NCBI GenBank assembly: GCA_039794845.1
Contig: JAUQVK010000072.1
Coordinates: 1-53,571 of the forward strand
Reading direction: 5' to 3'
DNA length: 53,571 nucleotides
Origin: Thermostichus sp. DRC_bins_24
GTDB lineage: Bacteria; Cyanobacteriota; Cyanobacteriia; Thermostichales; Thermostichaceae
Below the pieces are notes generated by a model. That model was given only the letters and a program-made list of their open reading frames with translations. It had not been told where the DNA came from and did no database searches. Positions 1 through 8,993 of this stretch are shown here, piece after piece. The first letter of the stretch is position 1. Each line of letters starts with the position of its first letter. A program made the position numbers and the translations under genes.

Positions 1-579
1 CGCCTTGCAGCTCCTTACCCGCAGGGGCAAACGGGATCCCAATCCATCTGGCCTTTGCAATTGATCCACTACGACATCGCCTGGTATCTGGCCTACGAGC
101 GGTGTGATACCCAACACTTGGCCATCGCTCGACTGGATCGCTTTGACGATCAGTGTCAGATTCTTGCTCATCCCCCCCGCAGCCGCTCGCACCAACGGCA
201 ACGGCTGCAACAGGTTCATCAACTGCTGGAAAACGGCTGGGGACTGTTCCTGGGGGATCCGGAAGACCAACGTCAGGAGCTACGGGGCCAACTGCCTTTC
301 ACCGAGATCACAGTTCGTTTTTACGGCAGCACTATTCCCTTCATCCGTGAGGGGGGCTACCGCCATCCCAGCCAAAAGATTGTGACATCCTCTGAAAATC
401 AGTACCTGGACTACCAGGTCAAACTTCCCCCCCGCTCCCACCAGGAATTCTTGCGCTGGGTGAACCGGTTCCTGGGCAATGTCCAAATCCTGATGCCCGC
501 AAGCTTGGCGGAGCAGCACGCCCACTGGGCTAAGCAACAGTTGCAGAGGTATGGCACTGGCCAACAAAAGGTTACCTAG
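1..579 (+). CDS. WYL-domain transcriptional regulator, 5'-truncated by the window edge
   Basis: Frame is open from base 1 (RLAAPYPQGQTGSQSIWPLQLIHYDIAWYLAYE...ARLDRF). PLQL..HxIAWYL and RLDR match the WYL domain; C-terminal 'EFLRWVNRFLGNVQILMPASL' resembles the WCX domain. Confidence 0.8.
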   Translation, partial: RLAAPYPQGQTGSQSIWPLQLIHYDIAWYLAYERCDTQHLAIARLDRFDDQCQILAHPPRSRSHQRQRLQQVHQLLENGWGLFLGDPEDQRQELRGQLPFTEITVRFYGSTIPFIREGGYRHPSQKIVTSSENQYLDYQVKLPPRSHQEFLRWVNRFLGNVQILMPASLAEQHAHWAKQQLQRYGTGQQKVT

Positions 580-794
580 GGTGCCCCAGTCCGCAACCTT
601 GCCAGCAGCAGGGCAGGCGGCGCACAAGGATCCCAATGCTTCCTGTGATATGCCCAAAGGCAGGGGATTCTTAGTACTCTTCGAGAAGGCTTCGCCCATA
701 GCGAGGCGACTTGTCTGTCCCAGTTGCCTGATTCAGATGATCCAGTTATCGAGGATCAGATCTATCTGTCTATTAGAGAGAACAATAGACCTCA

Positions 795-1907
795 CTAGCC
801 TGATAGCCTTGAAAGTAGATAGATCACAGTAACAACTCCAACAATTAGGCTGGCGATAGAGGTAAACAAATTGTTTTGAATGTTGTTTTGATGCTCCTTT
901 AATAGTTCCTCGTTAGATTTAGGAGAGATTACAAATCGGCTTTCATCAACAGGCTTCCTGATCACAGCTTCTCCTGCTTCAAAGCTCAACTTTCCCATTA
1001 CAAAAACTGCCGTATCTACCGGTATTATATGCTCTTCATAGACAAAAAATTTCGTTCTTCGATTTCTACCTTCAAGTCGACCGGTTATGTCAGTACTGAA
1101 ACCTCCGTACTGAAGAACTCCCCTATGGGAGGATGGTGCAGAAACATGATCGTCTACAGCGACAGTGGCTTCTATTTCTGCACCATTGGGATCAATTTTC
1201 ACCCGACCAGTCTCATCCTCAAGGAAAAAAGAAATTTGCCGGGTTACAGAATGAATAACTTCGCTTCTGGAATTCGATTCTTCTTGAATAAAATATTCAC
1301 ATCCATTTTCAACGTATGTAGGTCGGGATCCCATCTTGTTAACGAGAGAGGAGCCGAGTTTTTGCTTGAGCTGCGCGTTAACAGAACCCATTTTTTTCTC
1401 AAGACTGGGATTGGTAGCTCCTAACTTTCGTGGAGGTGAGGGTGAGGGATTAATGGGGCCAACCTTCTTCTCCCAGATAAGACTGGTGGATCCGTACCCT
1501 CCACGATTGGGTTGATGGTAGTAACTATCCGGGAATTCACTGATATAGGTTTCACGAATGACGTTGCCTTGGCCATCAAGATCTTTGCGAAGGTACTTTA
1601 TCTCTTCATATTCCCATGTAACTTTTGACTTGTAATAAACACAGGGTTGTTGGGAAAACTCAGCGGTGAGGGGATTCTGGGTAACAATTCTGCCGTAAAC
1701 CTGAACAAGATCCGTTCCTTTGCTCTCTCGCCCTTTCAGATTTTGATTGCTTTGCCTCAGCGATCTTAACTGAGCAGCTTTCAACAACTTGGATCCGGAG
1801 AGTTGTTTTACCAATTCTTGGGAGCGCCGATAATCCATAAAGGCAGTGATGGACAGAGGGAAACAAGCTAGCCCTATGAAGACCAACAGAAAGGTTAGCC
1901 AGTTCAT
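795..1907 (-). CDS. GIDE-domain (MUL1/MAPL-like) membrane protein
   Basis: N- and C-terminal TM helices; motifs 'PLTAEFSQQPCVYY', 'FFLEDETGRVKIDP', 'EEHIIPVDTAVFVMG'. AT-richer than its flanks. Confidence 0.75.
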   Translation of the reverse strand: MNWLTFLLVFIGLACFPLSITAFMDYRRSQELVKQLSGSKLLKAAQLRSLRQSNQNLKGRESKGTDLVQVYGRIVTQNPLTAEFSQQPCVYYKSKVTWEYEEIKYLRKDLDGQGNVIRETYISEFPDSYYHQPNRGGYGSTSLIWEKKVGPINPSPSPPRKLGATNPSLEKKMGSVNAQLKQKLGSSLVNKMGSRPTYVENGCEYFIQEESNSRSEVIHSVTRQISFFLEDETGRVKIDPNGAEIEATVAVDDHVSAPSSHRGVLQYGGFSTDITGRLEGRNRRTKFFVYEEHIIPVDTAVFVMGKLSFEAGEAVIRKPVDESRFVISPKSNEELLKEHQNNIQNNLFTSIASLIVGVVTVIYLLSRLSG

Positions 1908-1967
1908 AGCTGGTTTTCCTTAGGTGAGGGTGAAACTGCCCCATAGTAACAGTTGCCAATCTGACAG

Positions 1968-1986
1968 GGGTTAAGGCAGGTTTAAC
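1968..1986 (-). promoter_or_regulatory. Pho-box-like pair of direct repeats upstream of the GIDE gene
   Basis: Minus strand GTTAAACC-tgc-CTTAACCC (11-bp period), followed 19 bp later by TACTAT (preceded by TGn) at 1943-1948. Confidence 0.35.
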
Positions 1987-2593
1987 TCAGCCCCCCCTCA
2001 GAATTCCATCCAGCCCTTTCCGGTGATATGCCTAGGATGGCCCGTAGAGAAACGCTTAGCGGAACGGAGTCCTTTACCTACCACTTTTCCTAGGGTTTCC
2101 CCAAGTCCCAAAATCCTTGTTGGTCCATTCCGAGACTCAATGCCCAAACCTTCTCATGTTCTCATTCCCATGTTCTGCTGAGAGGGTGACAATCACAGAT
2201 ACAGCCATTGTGCGGGTTTGACAGAGCTTGTGTTTCCTGCTCCCGCTTTCGCGGGGCCCGGAGGGCTAGCCCTCCAGAGGGTAGATCTCAACTTCCATAG
2301 TTGTTACCTGTGACCGGCGGTGCCCTATGGTGGGCGAACGCACTGGCGTGCCCTGGGCGTAAATCGAAATACTCTCAAATACTCTCAATTCTTTACAAAC
2401 TCCGGCTCGGCAGCCGGGATCCCTTGCTCTGGGACATCTCCGAGACAGAGGGCTCCCGTATCTAGCCGGCTTCGTTGAAGAAAAACAAACAGATCCAGCC
2501 TATCGGGAGCGGTTCCTCGAAGATGAGAGAAGGGATCCTTAATCCCCTTTGGCCCGATCCGTTTGCATTGCCGTTCTGACGGAGTTTGGCGAG

Positions 2594-3376
2594 ATGCCAA
2601 CCCAGCACCCCCTACGCAAGAACTCCGTCCCGCTGACGCGAGCAGCCACCTCCCCGACCTCCACCCCAGCAGCCCCAGTTCTCTTTTGCGGGCGCGGGAT
2701 CCACAAAACCTACCCGATGGGGGAGATCACCGTTCAGGCCCTTCAGGATGTGGATCTCGACATCTATGAAGGGGAGTTTGTGGTCATTCTCGGGGCCTCC
2801 GGTAGCGGCAAATCCACCCTGCTCAATATCTTGGGGGGTCTGGATCTGCCCAGCCAGGGGGAGGTGTGGTTTCGGGACTGGGATCTCAGCCATGCCGATG
2901 ATGCCACCCTGACCCGCTTTCGCCGCTACCACATTGGCTTTGTCTTTCAGTTTTACAACCTCATCCCCAGCCTCACCGCCCAAGAGAATATTGCCCTGGT
3001 AACGGAATTGGCACCGGATCCCATGCCCCCCCGCGAGGCGTTGGAACGGGTGGGGCTGGGGGATCGCTGCGATCACTTTCCGGCCCAGCTTTCGGGGGGA
3101 GAGCAGCAGCGGGTGGCGATTGCACGGGCGATTGCCAAGCGACCGGAGGTATTGCTCTGTGATGAGCCGACGGGGGCCCTGGATTTTGCCACCGGCAAAC
3201 GGGTGCTGGAGGTGCTGGAGAGCGTCAACCGCGAGTTTGGCACCACCGTTGCCGTGATCACCCACAATGCCGGGATCGCCGCCATGGCGGATCGGGTAAT
3301 CACCATGCGCAGCGGCCAGATCACCCATATTGAGCGCAATACCCACAAGGCCCGCCCCGGCGAGTTGGAGTGGTAA
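2594..3376 (+). CDS. ABC transporter ATP-binding protein (LolD/MacB-like)
   Basis: Walker [37 protein letters not shown]. Start placed at ATG 2594. Confidence 0.95.
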   Translation: MPTQHPLRKNSVPLTRAATSPTSTPAAPVLFCGRGIHKTYPMGEITVQALQDVDLDIYEGEFVVILGASGSGKSTLLNILGGLDLPSQGEVWFRDWDLSHADDATLTRFRRYHIGFVFQFYNLIPSLTAQENIALVTELAPDPMPPREALERVGLGDRCDHFPAQLSGGEQQRVAIARAIAKRPEVLLCDEPTGALDFATGKRVLEVLESVNREFGTTVAVITHNAGIAAMADRVITMRSGQITHIERNTHKARPGELEW

Positions 3377-3378
3377 CG

Positions 3379-5772
3379 ATGCTGCATCCTCTCGATCGCA
3401 AGCTACTGCGGGATCTGCGCCAACTGTGGGGGCAGGTGACGGCCATCGCCTTGGTGGTGGGTTGCGGCATCGCCTGTTTTGTCTTGGCCCTGAGTGCCTA
3501 TCAATCGCTGGCCCTGACCCAGCAGACCTATTACGACCGCTACCAGTTTGCCCATATCTTTGCGGAGTTGAAACGGGCCCCCCAACGCTTGGAGGCCCAG
3601 ATTGCCGGGATCCCGGGGGTGCAACAGGTGCAAACGCGGGTGGTGGCGGATGTGACGCTGGATGTGCCGGGGTTGGCGGAACCGGCCACAGGGCGGCTGA
3701 TCTCAATTCCCCCAGTTCGCGCCAGCGGGACGGAGTCCTTGGATCAGCCCATGCTCAATCGCGTGTTTTTGCGGCAGGGGCGCTACCCGGATCCGCAGCG
3801 GGACCATGAGATTCTGGCCAGTGAAGCCTTTGCCGAGGCCAATCACCTGAAGTTGGGGGATCGGATCGGGGCGATTATCAACGGTCGCCGGCAATCGCTG
3901 CAAATTGTGGGCTTGGCCCTTTCCCCGGAGTACATCTACGAGATTCGCGGGGCGGGGGATCTCTATCCTGACAATCGCCGCTTTGGGGTGCTGTGGATGG
4001 GGGAAGCAGCCCTCAGCACCGCCTTTAACCTGCAGGGGGCTTTTAACAGTGTCGCCCTGACGGTGATCCCCGGTGCCCATGAGCAGGCGATCATCACCCA
4101 ACTGGATCGGCTGACGGATCCCTATGGGGGGCGGGGGGCTTACAGCCGCGAGAACCAGGTCTCCCACCGTATCCTCAGCGACGAGATCCAAAGCCTCGAG
4201 GTGACGGCGACGATCTTGCCGACGATGTTTCTGGGCATTGCCGCCTTTTTACTGCACGTGGTGCTCTCCCGCCTGATCAGTACCCAACGGGAGCAGATCG
4301 CCGTTCTCAAGGCGTTTGGCTACAGCAACTGGGGCATCGGCGTTCATTACTTGAAACTGGTGCTGGGGGTGGTGGCGGCGGGATCCGTGCTGGGCCTGGG
4401 GTTGGGCATGTGGTTGGGGCGGGGGCTGACCGGCCTCTATGCCGATTTTTTTCGCTTTCCGATCCTTACCTATCGGGCCAGCCCGCAGGTGTTGATCCTG
4501 GCTTTGTTGGTGAGTGGGGGGGCGGCACTGGTGGGGGGGCTGTTGGCGGTGCAACGGGCGATCCGCTTGCCCCCGGCTGAGGCCATGCGTCCGGAGCCTC
4601 CGGCGAGTTTTCGGCCCACCTTGGTGGAGCGGCTGGGCTGGCAGCGACTGTTTTCCCCGACGGGGCGGATCATTCTGCGCAACTTGGAGCGACGACCGAT
4701 TCGGGCGGGCCTATCCATCATTGGGATCAGCTTTGCCGCCTCGTTACTGTTGGTGGGGCTGTTTTTCCGAGATGCTGTCACTTACCTGATGTCGGTGCAG
4801 TTCTTTCAGGTGCAGCGGGAGGATGTCACGGTCATTTTCAACGAGCCGCGTCCGGCCCGCACCCGCTTTGAGCTGACCCAACTGCCGGGGGTGTTGCAGG
4901 TGGAGGGGTTCCGCATGGTGCCCGCCCAGTTGCGCCATGGACAGTATCACCAGCGGCTGGCCTTGACGGGACTGCCCCAGGGGGGCCAGTTGCGGCAACT
5001 GTTGGATCGCAACCTGCGCCCTCAGACGCTGCCCCTGGAGGGGGTGCTGCTCACCGACCAACTGGCCGAGATGCTGCACATCCAACCCGGCGAATGGCTC
5101 CAGGTGGAGGTTTTGGAGGGATCCCGGCCCCGGCGAGCGGTGCAGGTGATGGGGGTGGTGGATGAATTTCTGGGCTTATCGGCCTACATGGAGCTGGGAT
5201 CCCTGAATCGCCTCATGCGGGAGGGGGAAACCCTGTCGGGGGCCTATCTTTCCATTGATGCGGCCCAATCGCAGGCCCTTTACGATCGGCTCAAGGCCAT
5301 TCCTGCCGTGGCGGGGGTATCCTTTCGAGAAACCCTGCTGGAGAGCTTTCGGGATATCAGCGCCCGCAACCTTCTGGTCATGACCGGGATCCTGTCGCTG
5401 TTTGCGGCCATCATCACCTTTAGTGTGGTCTACAATTCCGCCCGCATTGCCCTTTCGGAACGCAGCCGTGAGCTGGCCAGCCTGCGCATCATCGGCTTTA
5501 GCCGCCACGAGATCAGCGTCATTTTGTTGGGGGAACAGAGCCTGTTGGTCTTGGTGGGGATCCCGCTGGGTTGGTTGCTGGGGTTTGGCTTGAGTGCTTC
5601 CTTGGCCAAGGCGTACGTCTCAGAGTTGTATCGGATCCCGTTGGTGATCCATCGGGTCACCTACGCCACGGTGGGGTTGGTGGTTTTGCTGGCCGCCGTG
5701 GTGTCCGGGATCTTGATCCGTCGTCAACTGAATCACCTGGATCTAATTGCGGTGTTGAAAAACCGAGAATAG
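3379..5772 (+). CDS. ABC transporter permease (MacB/FtsX-type, duplicated domain)
   Basis: ~800 aa; '[14 protein letters not shown]' and '[15 protein letters not shown]' FtsX motifs; directly follows the ATPase. Confidence 0.92.
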   Translation: MLHPLDRKLLRDLRQLWGQVTAIALVVGCGIACFVLALSAYQSLALTQQTYYDRYQFAHIFAELKRAPQRLEAQIAGIPGVQQVQTRVVADVTLDVPGLAEPATGRLISIPPVRASGTESLDQPMLNRVFLRQGRYPDPQRDHEILASEAFAEANHLKLGDRIGAIINGRRQSLQIVGLALSPEYIYEIRGAGDLYPDNRRFGVLWMGEAALSTAFNLQGAFNSVALTVIPGAHEQAIITQLDRLTDPYGGRGAYSRENQVSHRILSDEIQSLEVTATILPTMFLGIAAFLLHVVLSRLISTQREQIAVLKAFGYSNWGIGVHYLKLVLGVVAAGSVLGLGLGMWLGRGLTGLYADFFRFPILTYRASPQVLILALLVSGGAALVGGLLAVQRAIRLPPAEAMRPEPPASFRPTLVERLGWQRLFSPTGRIILRNLERRPIRAGLSIIGISFAASLLLVGLFFRDAVTYLMSVQFFQVQREDVTVIFNEPRPARTRFELTQLPGVLQVEGFRMVPAQLRHGQYHQRLALTGLPQGGQLRQLLDRNLRPQTLPLEGVLLTDQLAEMLHIQPGEWLQVEVLEGSRPRRAVQVMGVVDEFLGLSAYMELGSLNRLMREGETLSGAYLSIDAAQSQALYDRLKAIPAVAGVSFRETLLESFRDISARNLLVMTGILSLFAAIITFSVVYNSARIALSERSRELASLRIIGFSRHEISVILLGEQSLLVLVGIPLGWLLGFGLSASLAKAYVSELYRIPLVIHRVTYATVGLVVLLAAVVSGILIRRQLNHLDLIAVLKNRE

Positions 5773-6000
5773 TGCTTACATCCTGGAACCAACAACGACC
5801 TCATCTTGCCTGATTCTGTCTCTGCCACCGAGCCCCTCAACGTGGAGCAGTAACGATGGGCCGAACGCCTGAAAGGCACCCACTATCGATCTGCTGTTTG
5901 TTGCGAATATATATCAATTTTCAACTTTTTCTTAACAAGTCACTTCGTTTCTTGAGGACTCGTTTTACTTTGTTACCTGTAGAGTGCTTCCAACACAATT

Positions 6001-6474
6001 ATGAGTCTTGTCGCTCAAGTGATCGCCCAGTCGGATGCAGCAGATCGCTTTCTCAGCACTGCTGAGTTAAACAAACTGCAAGATTTCTTTAGCAAAGGCC
6101 AACTCCGGGTCAGCGTGGCTCAAAAGCTGGCGGCAAATGAGCAAAAAATCGTAGATGAGGGCAGCAAGCGTTTTTGGGCAAAGTGTCCGAATACTCCCAG
6201 CAATAGTGGCAGCCCTCAAAAAACGGCTCTTTGTCAACGGGATCAGGGTTGGTATATACGCCTGGTTAGCTATTGTGTTCTGGCTGGTAACGATAAACCC
6301 CTAGAAGACATTGGTCTGAATGGCATGAGGGATATGTACATTTCCTTGGGTGTGCCACTGCCCAACTTACGTGTGGCAATGGGTTGCCTCAAAGACGTAG
6401 CAGCGGAGTTGATGTCTGCTGAAGAAATGGCTCTAGCGGCTCCTTATTTTGACCGCTTGATCCGTGCTTTTTAG
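6001..6474 (+). CDS. apcD4: Far-red-absorbing allophycocyanin alpha-type subunit (ApcD4-like)
   Basis: Phycobiliprotein motifs 'ADRFLSTAEL' and bilin Cys in 'ALCQRDQGWYIRLVSYC'; divergent ApcD-like sequence; gene order apcD-apcB-isi. Confidence 0.85.
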   Translation: MSLVAQVIAQSDAADRFLSTAELNKLQDFFSKGQLRVSVAQKLAANEQKIVDEGSKRFWAKCPNTPSNSGSPQKTALCQRDQGWYIRLVSYCVLAGNDKPLEDIGLNGMRDMYISLGVPLPNLRVAMGCLKDVAAELMSAEEMALAAPYFDRLIRAF

Positions 6475-6637
6475 TCCATGAAGCTTAGATTTATGAATCT
6501 TTAGACCCTATTTGTAGAGTTTCATTTGCAGATGGATCAGTCCTTGTTCTGTGGTTGTAGGTGATTGAGAAGAAAAGAATATCGGAATATCGCAAAAGAT
6601 CATTGCACCTCGCACACTTAGCAACAAAGGAAAACCC

Positions 6638-7123
6638 ATGCAAGATACCATCACATCGATCATCAATCCAGCTGATGAAAAAGGCGCTTACCTAGATGCT
6701 GCTGAATTGGAGAAACTGAATCGCTATTTTCAAAGTGGTAGCCTGCGTGTGAAAGCTGCAACAACCATCAGTTCTAGTGCCAGCAGCATTATCAGTAAAA
6801 CCGTTGCCAAGAGTTTGCTTTATGGGGATATTACCCTTCCCGGGGGCAATATGTACCCCACTCGGCGCTATGCTGCGTGCCTACGGGATCTGACCTATTT
6901 CTTACGTTATGCCACCTACGCCATGTTGGCTGCGGATGTCTCCATTTTGGATGAGCGAGTTCTCAATGGTCTCAAGGAAACGTATGCAACGTTGGGTGTG
7001 CCTGTCGATCGAGTGATCGAAGCTCTCAATGCCATGAAAGATGTGGTAACAGAAAGCGTCGGTACAGAAGCAGGACAAGAGATGGGCTTCTACTTGGATC
7101 ACATCATCTCCGGCTTGAGCTGA
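6638..7123 (+). CDS. apcB3: Allophycocyanin beta subunit paralog (ApcB3-like)
   Basis: '[20 protein letters not shown]', '[17 protein letters not shown]', '[13 protein letters not shown]'. Paralog name assigned from context. Confidence 0.88.
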   Translation: MQDTITSIINPADEKGAYLDAAELEKLNRYFQSGSLRVKAATTISSSASSIISKTVAKSLLYGDITLPGGNMYPTRRYAACLRDLTYFLRYATYAMLAADVSILDERVLNGLKETYATLGVPVDRVIEALNAMKDVVTESVGTEAGQEMGFYLDHIISGLS

Positions 7124-7147
7124 GCTCGTTTTGCGCAATCTTGGGAT

Positions 7148-7172
7148 CCTCCTTCCATATTCTGGGAGGAGG
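7148..7172 (+). other. Intercistronic stem-loop between apcB3 and isiX
   Basis: CCTCCTTCCA-TATTC-TGGGAGGAGG, no poly-T tail. Confidence 0.5.
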
Positions 7173-7207
7173 TCAATTTTCACCATTGATGGAGGGCAGA
7201 GTGAATA

Positions 7208-8586
7208 ATGAACGCTAAATCAGCAAAACCTTCAACTTATCCTTGGTGGGCAGGCAACGCTCGGTTTATTAACTTATCCAATACCTTTATTGTCGCACAT
7301 GTTGCCCAGGCAGCCTTAATGATGCTTTGGGCCGGGGTATTTACTCTATTTGAGTTGGCTAAGTTCAACCCAGACTTGCCCATGTATGAACAGGGATTAA
7401 TCCTGTTGCCTCATCTGGCAACTTTGGGCTGGGGAATCGGTGAAAATGGACAGATTGTGGATACTTTCCCATACTTTGCTATCGGCTGTATTCACATGGT
7501 CGCAGCAGGTGTCTTAGCCGGAGGAGCTTATTTTCACCAGACCAAGCTCTCTCCCAACTTGGATATGGAATTTGGAAAGGCATCGAAGTTCCATTTTACC
7601 TGGGATGATGCAAAAACTTTGGGTATCATTTTGGGACATCACCTCCTGATATTGGGCTTTGGAGCTCTCCTGTTGGTTGCCAAAGCTATGTTTTTCGGGG
7701 GACTGTACGATGCTGCAACAGAACAGGTGCGGTTGGTAACTACGCCTACCTTAGACTTTGCCACCATCTTTGGTTATCGAACGCATCTTTTCGATGTCAA
7801 TAATCTAGAAGATCTAGTGGGTGGACATATCTATGTTGCCGGCCTTCTGATTTTAGGGGGTATGTGGCACATTCTCGTTGCACCCTTTGAGTGGGTAAAA
7901 GCTCGTTTTCTCTTCTCAGCAGACGGGATCCTCTCCTATTCTCTGTTCGGTATTGCCCTAGCCGGATTTGCGGGTTTAATTCGCTGGCTTATCCGGTGGA
8001 GTTTTATGGGCCAACTCTGGAGCTGAAATCTGCCTTTGCTCCATACTATTTTGATCCAACCCAAACGGGAGCTTGGAGCCATTCTTCTCGAGTTTGGTTG
8101 GCCAATGCCCACTTCTATTTGGCCTTCTTTTTCCTACAGGGATCCCTGTGGCATTTTCAGCGGGCTATGGGCTTTGATGTCAGCCAGATGGTTCGGTCTT
8201 GGCAACAAGGTTGGCAGGAGGTGACCTCCCAAGCTGTGTACCAAAACCAGTTTCAATGTCGGCCCCAACCCAACCTGGATATCTTCTATGAACCTTCTCG
8301 AGTGAATCCTGAACCTTTGTCTATATCTTCGATGAACAGCTACTTGTATCAGCTTTCGCAGGGATTACAGTCAAGATCTCTATCAGCAGTTAACGGTATT
8401 CAAAAAATCCTTTATGAGACAGGCTATACGTTCAGAAGAACAATCTTTTATGAGCCCGCTAAAAAAGGAAATTCCTTTCATTCCTCTGAACTGAAGTTTG
8501 ACTATGCCCCATGTAAACGAGACTTTACCTTTTCAAAATCTCGTCCTGCTATGCCCCAAGTTATTTATGAATCAAGCCAAACCTAA
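7208..8586 (+). pseudogene. isiX: IsiA/CP43-family chlorophyll-binding protein IsiX, frameshifted near 7970
   Basis: ORF 7208-8026 has '[10 protein letters not shown]', 'AHVAQAAL', 'LLPHLATLG', 'LGHHL', 'EDLVGGH'. Homology continues in another frame as '[15 protein letters not shown]...[22 protein letters not shown]' to the stop at 8586. Confidence 0.85.
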
Positions 8587-8629
8587 ATTGATCTGATTGA
8601 TGGGATTACAACTTTGAGTTGGTTTATCC

Positions 8630-8663
8630 CTCAGGTGAGGTAATTGCCTCTCCTGAGCTTTTT
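8630..8663 (+). terminator. Rho-independent terminator of the apcD4-apcB3-isiX cassette
   Basis: CTCAGGTGAGG-TAATTG-CCTCTCCTGAG hairpin followed by CTTTTT. Confidence 0.7.
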
Positions 8664-8993
8664 GTTGTGCCCTTGCCAGAGAAAGATTCTGTAGAAATAT
8701 TTAAAAGATTGCGATTTTACCAAGACTACGGAAATGTCCCTTTTAACCCCTGAGCCTTTGAGCCATGATTGGTTGGGTAGTGATAAAAGCATTGCAACGT
8801 CAACCCTTGGGCACTTCGATTAATTGCCTTGTTGCAAATCAGATAAGGCTAGAAAACCTATTCTATCGTTGCTATTCTCAATAAGGCTTGGATTTTTCGA
8901 TGTACCCTATTGATCTTCTTTACCATCTTCTGTAACCACTTTGGGCTTAAGTTTTGAAAACGAGAAAAACACAGTGATCGAGGGATAGTCATC

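Noticed and set aside
7955..7990. Programmed ribosomal frameshift in isiX
   Set aside because: About five conserved residues are physically missing and there is no convincing slippery site; a deletion explains the sequence better.
7891..8586. Independent 231-aa gene
   Set aside because: It is the out-of-frame 3' half of isiX; its first ~25 residues are non-homologous.
6001..8586. FaRLiP (chlorophyll f) cluster
   Set aside because: No rfpABC, chlF, apcE2 or paralogous psa/psb genes; the three-gene layout matches LoLiP instead.
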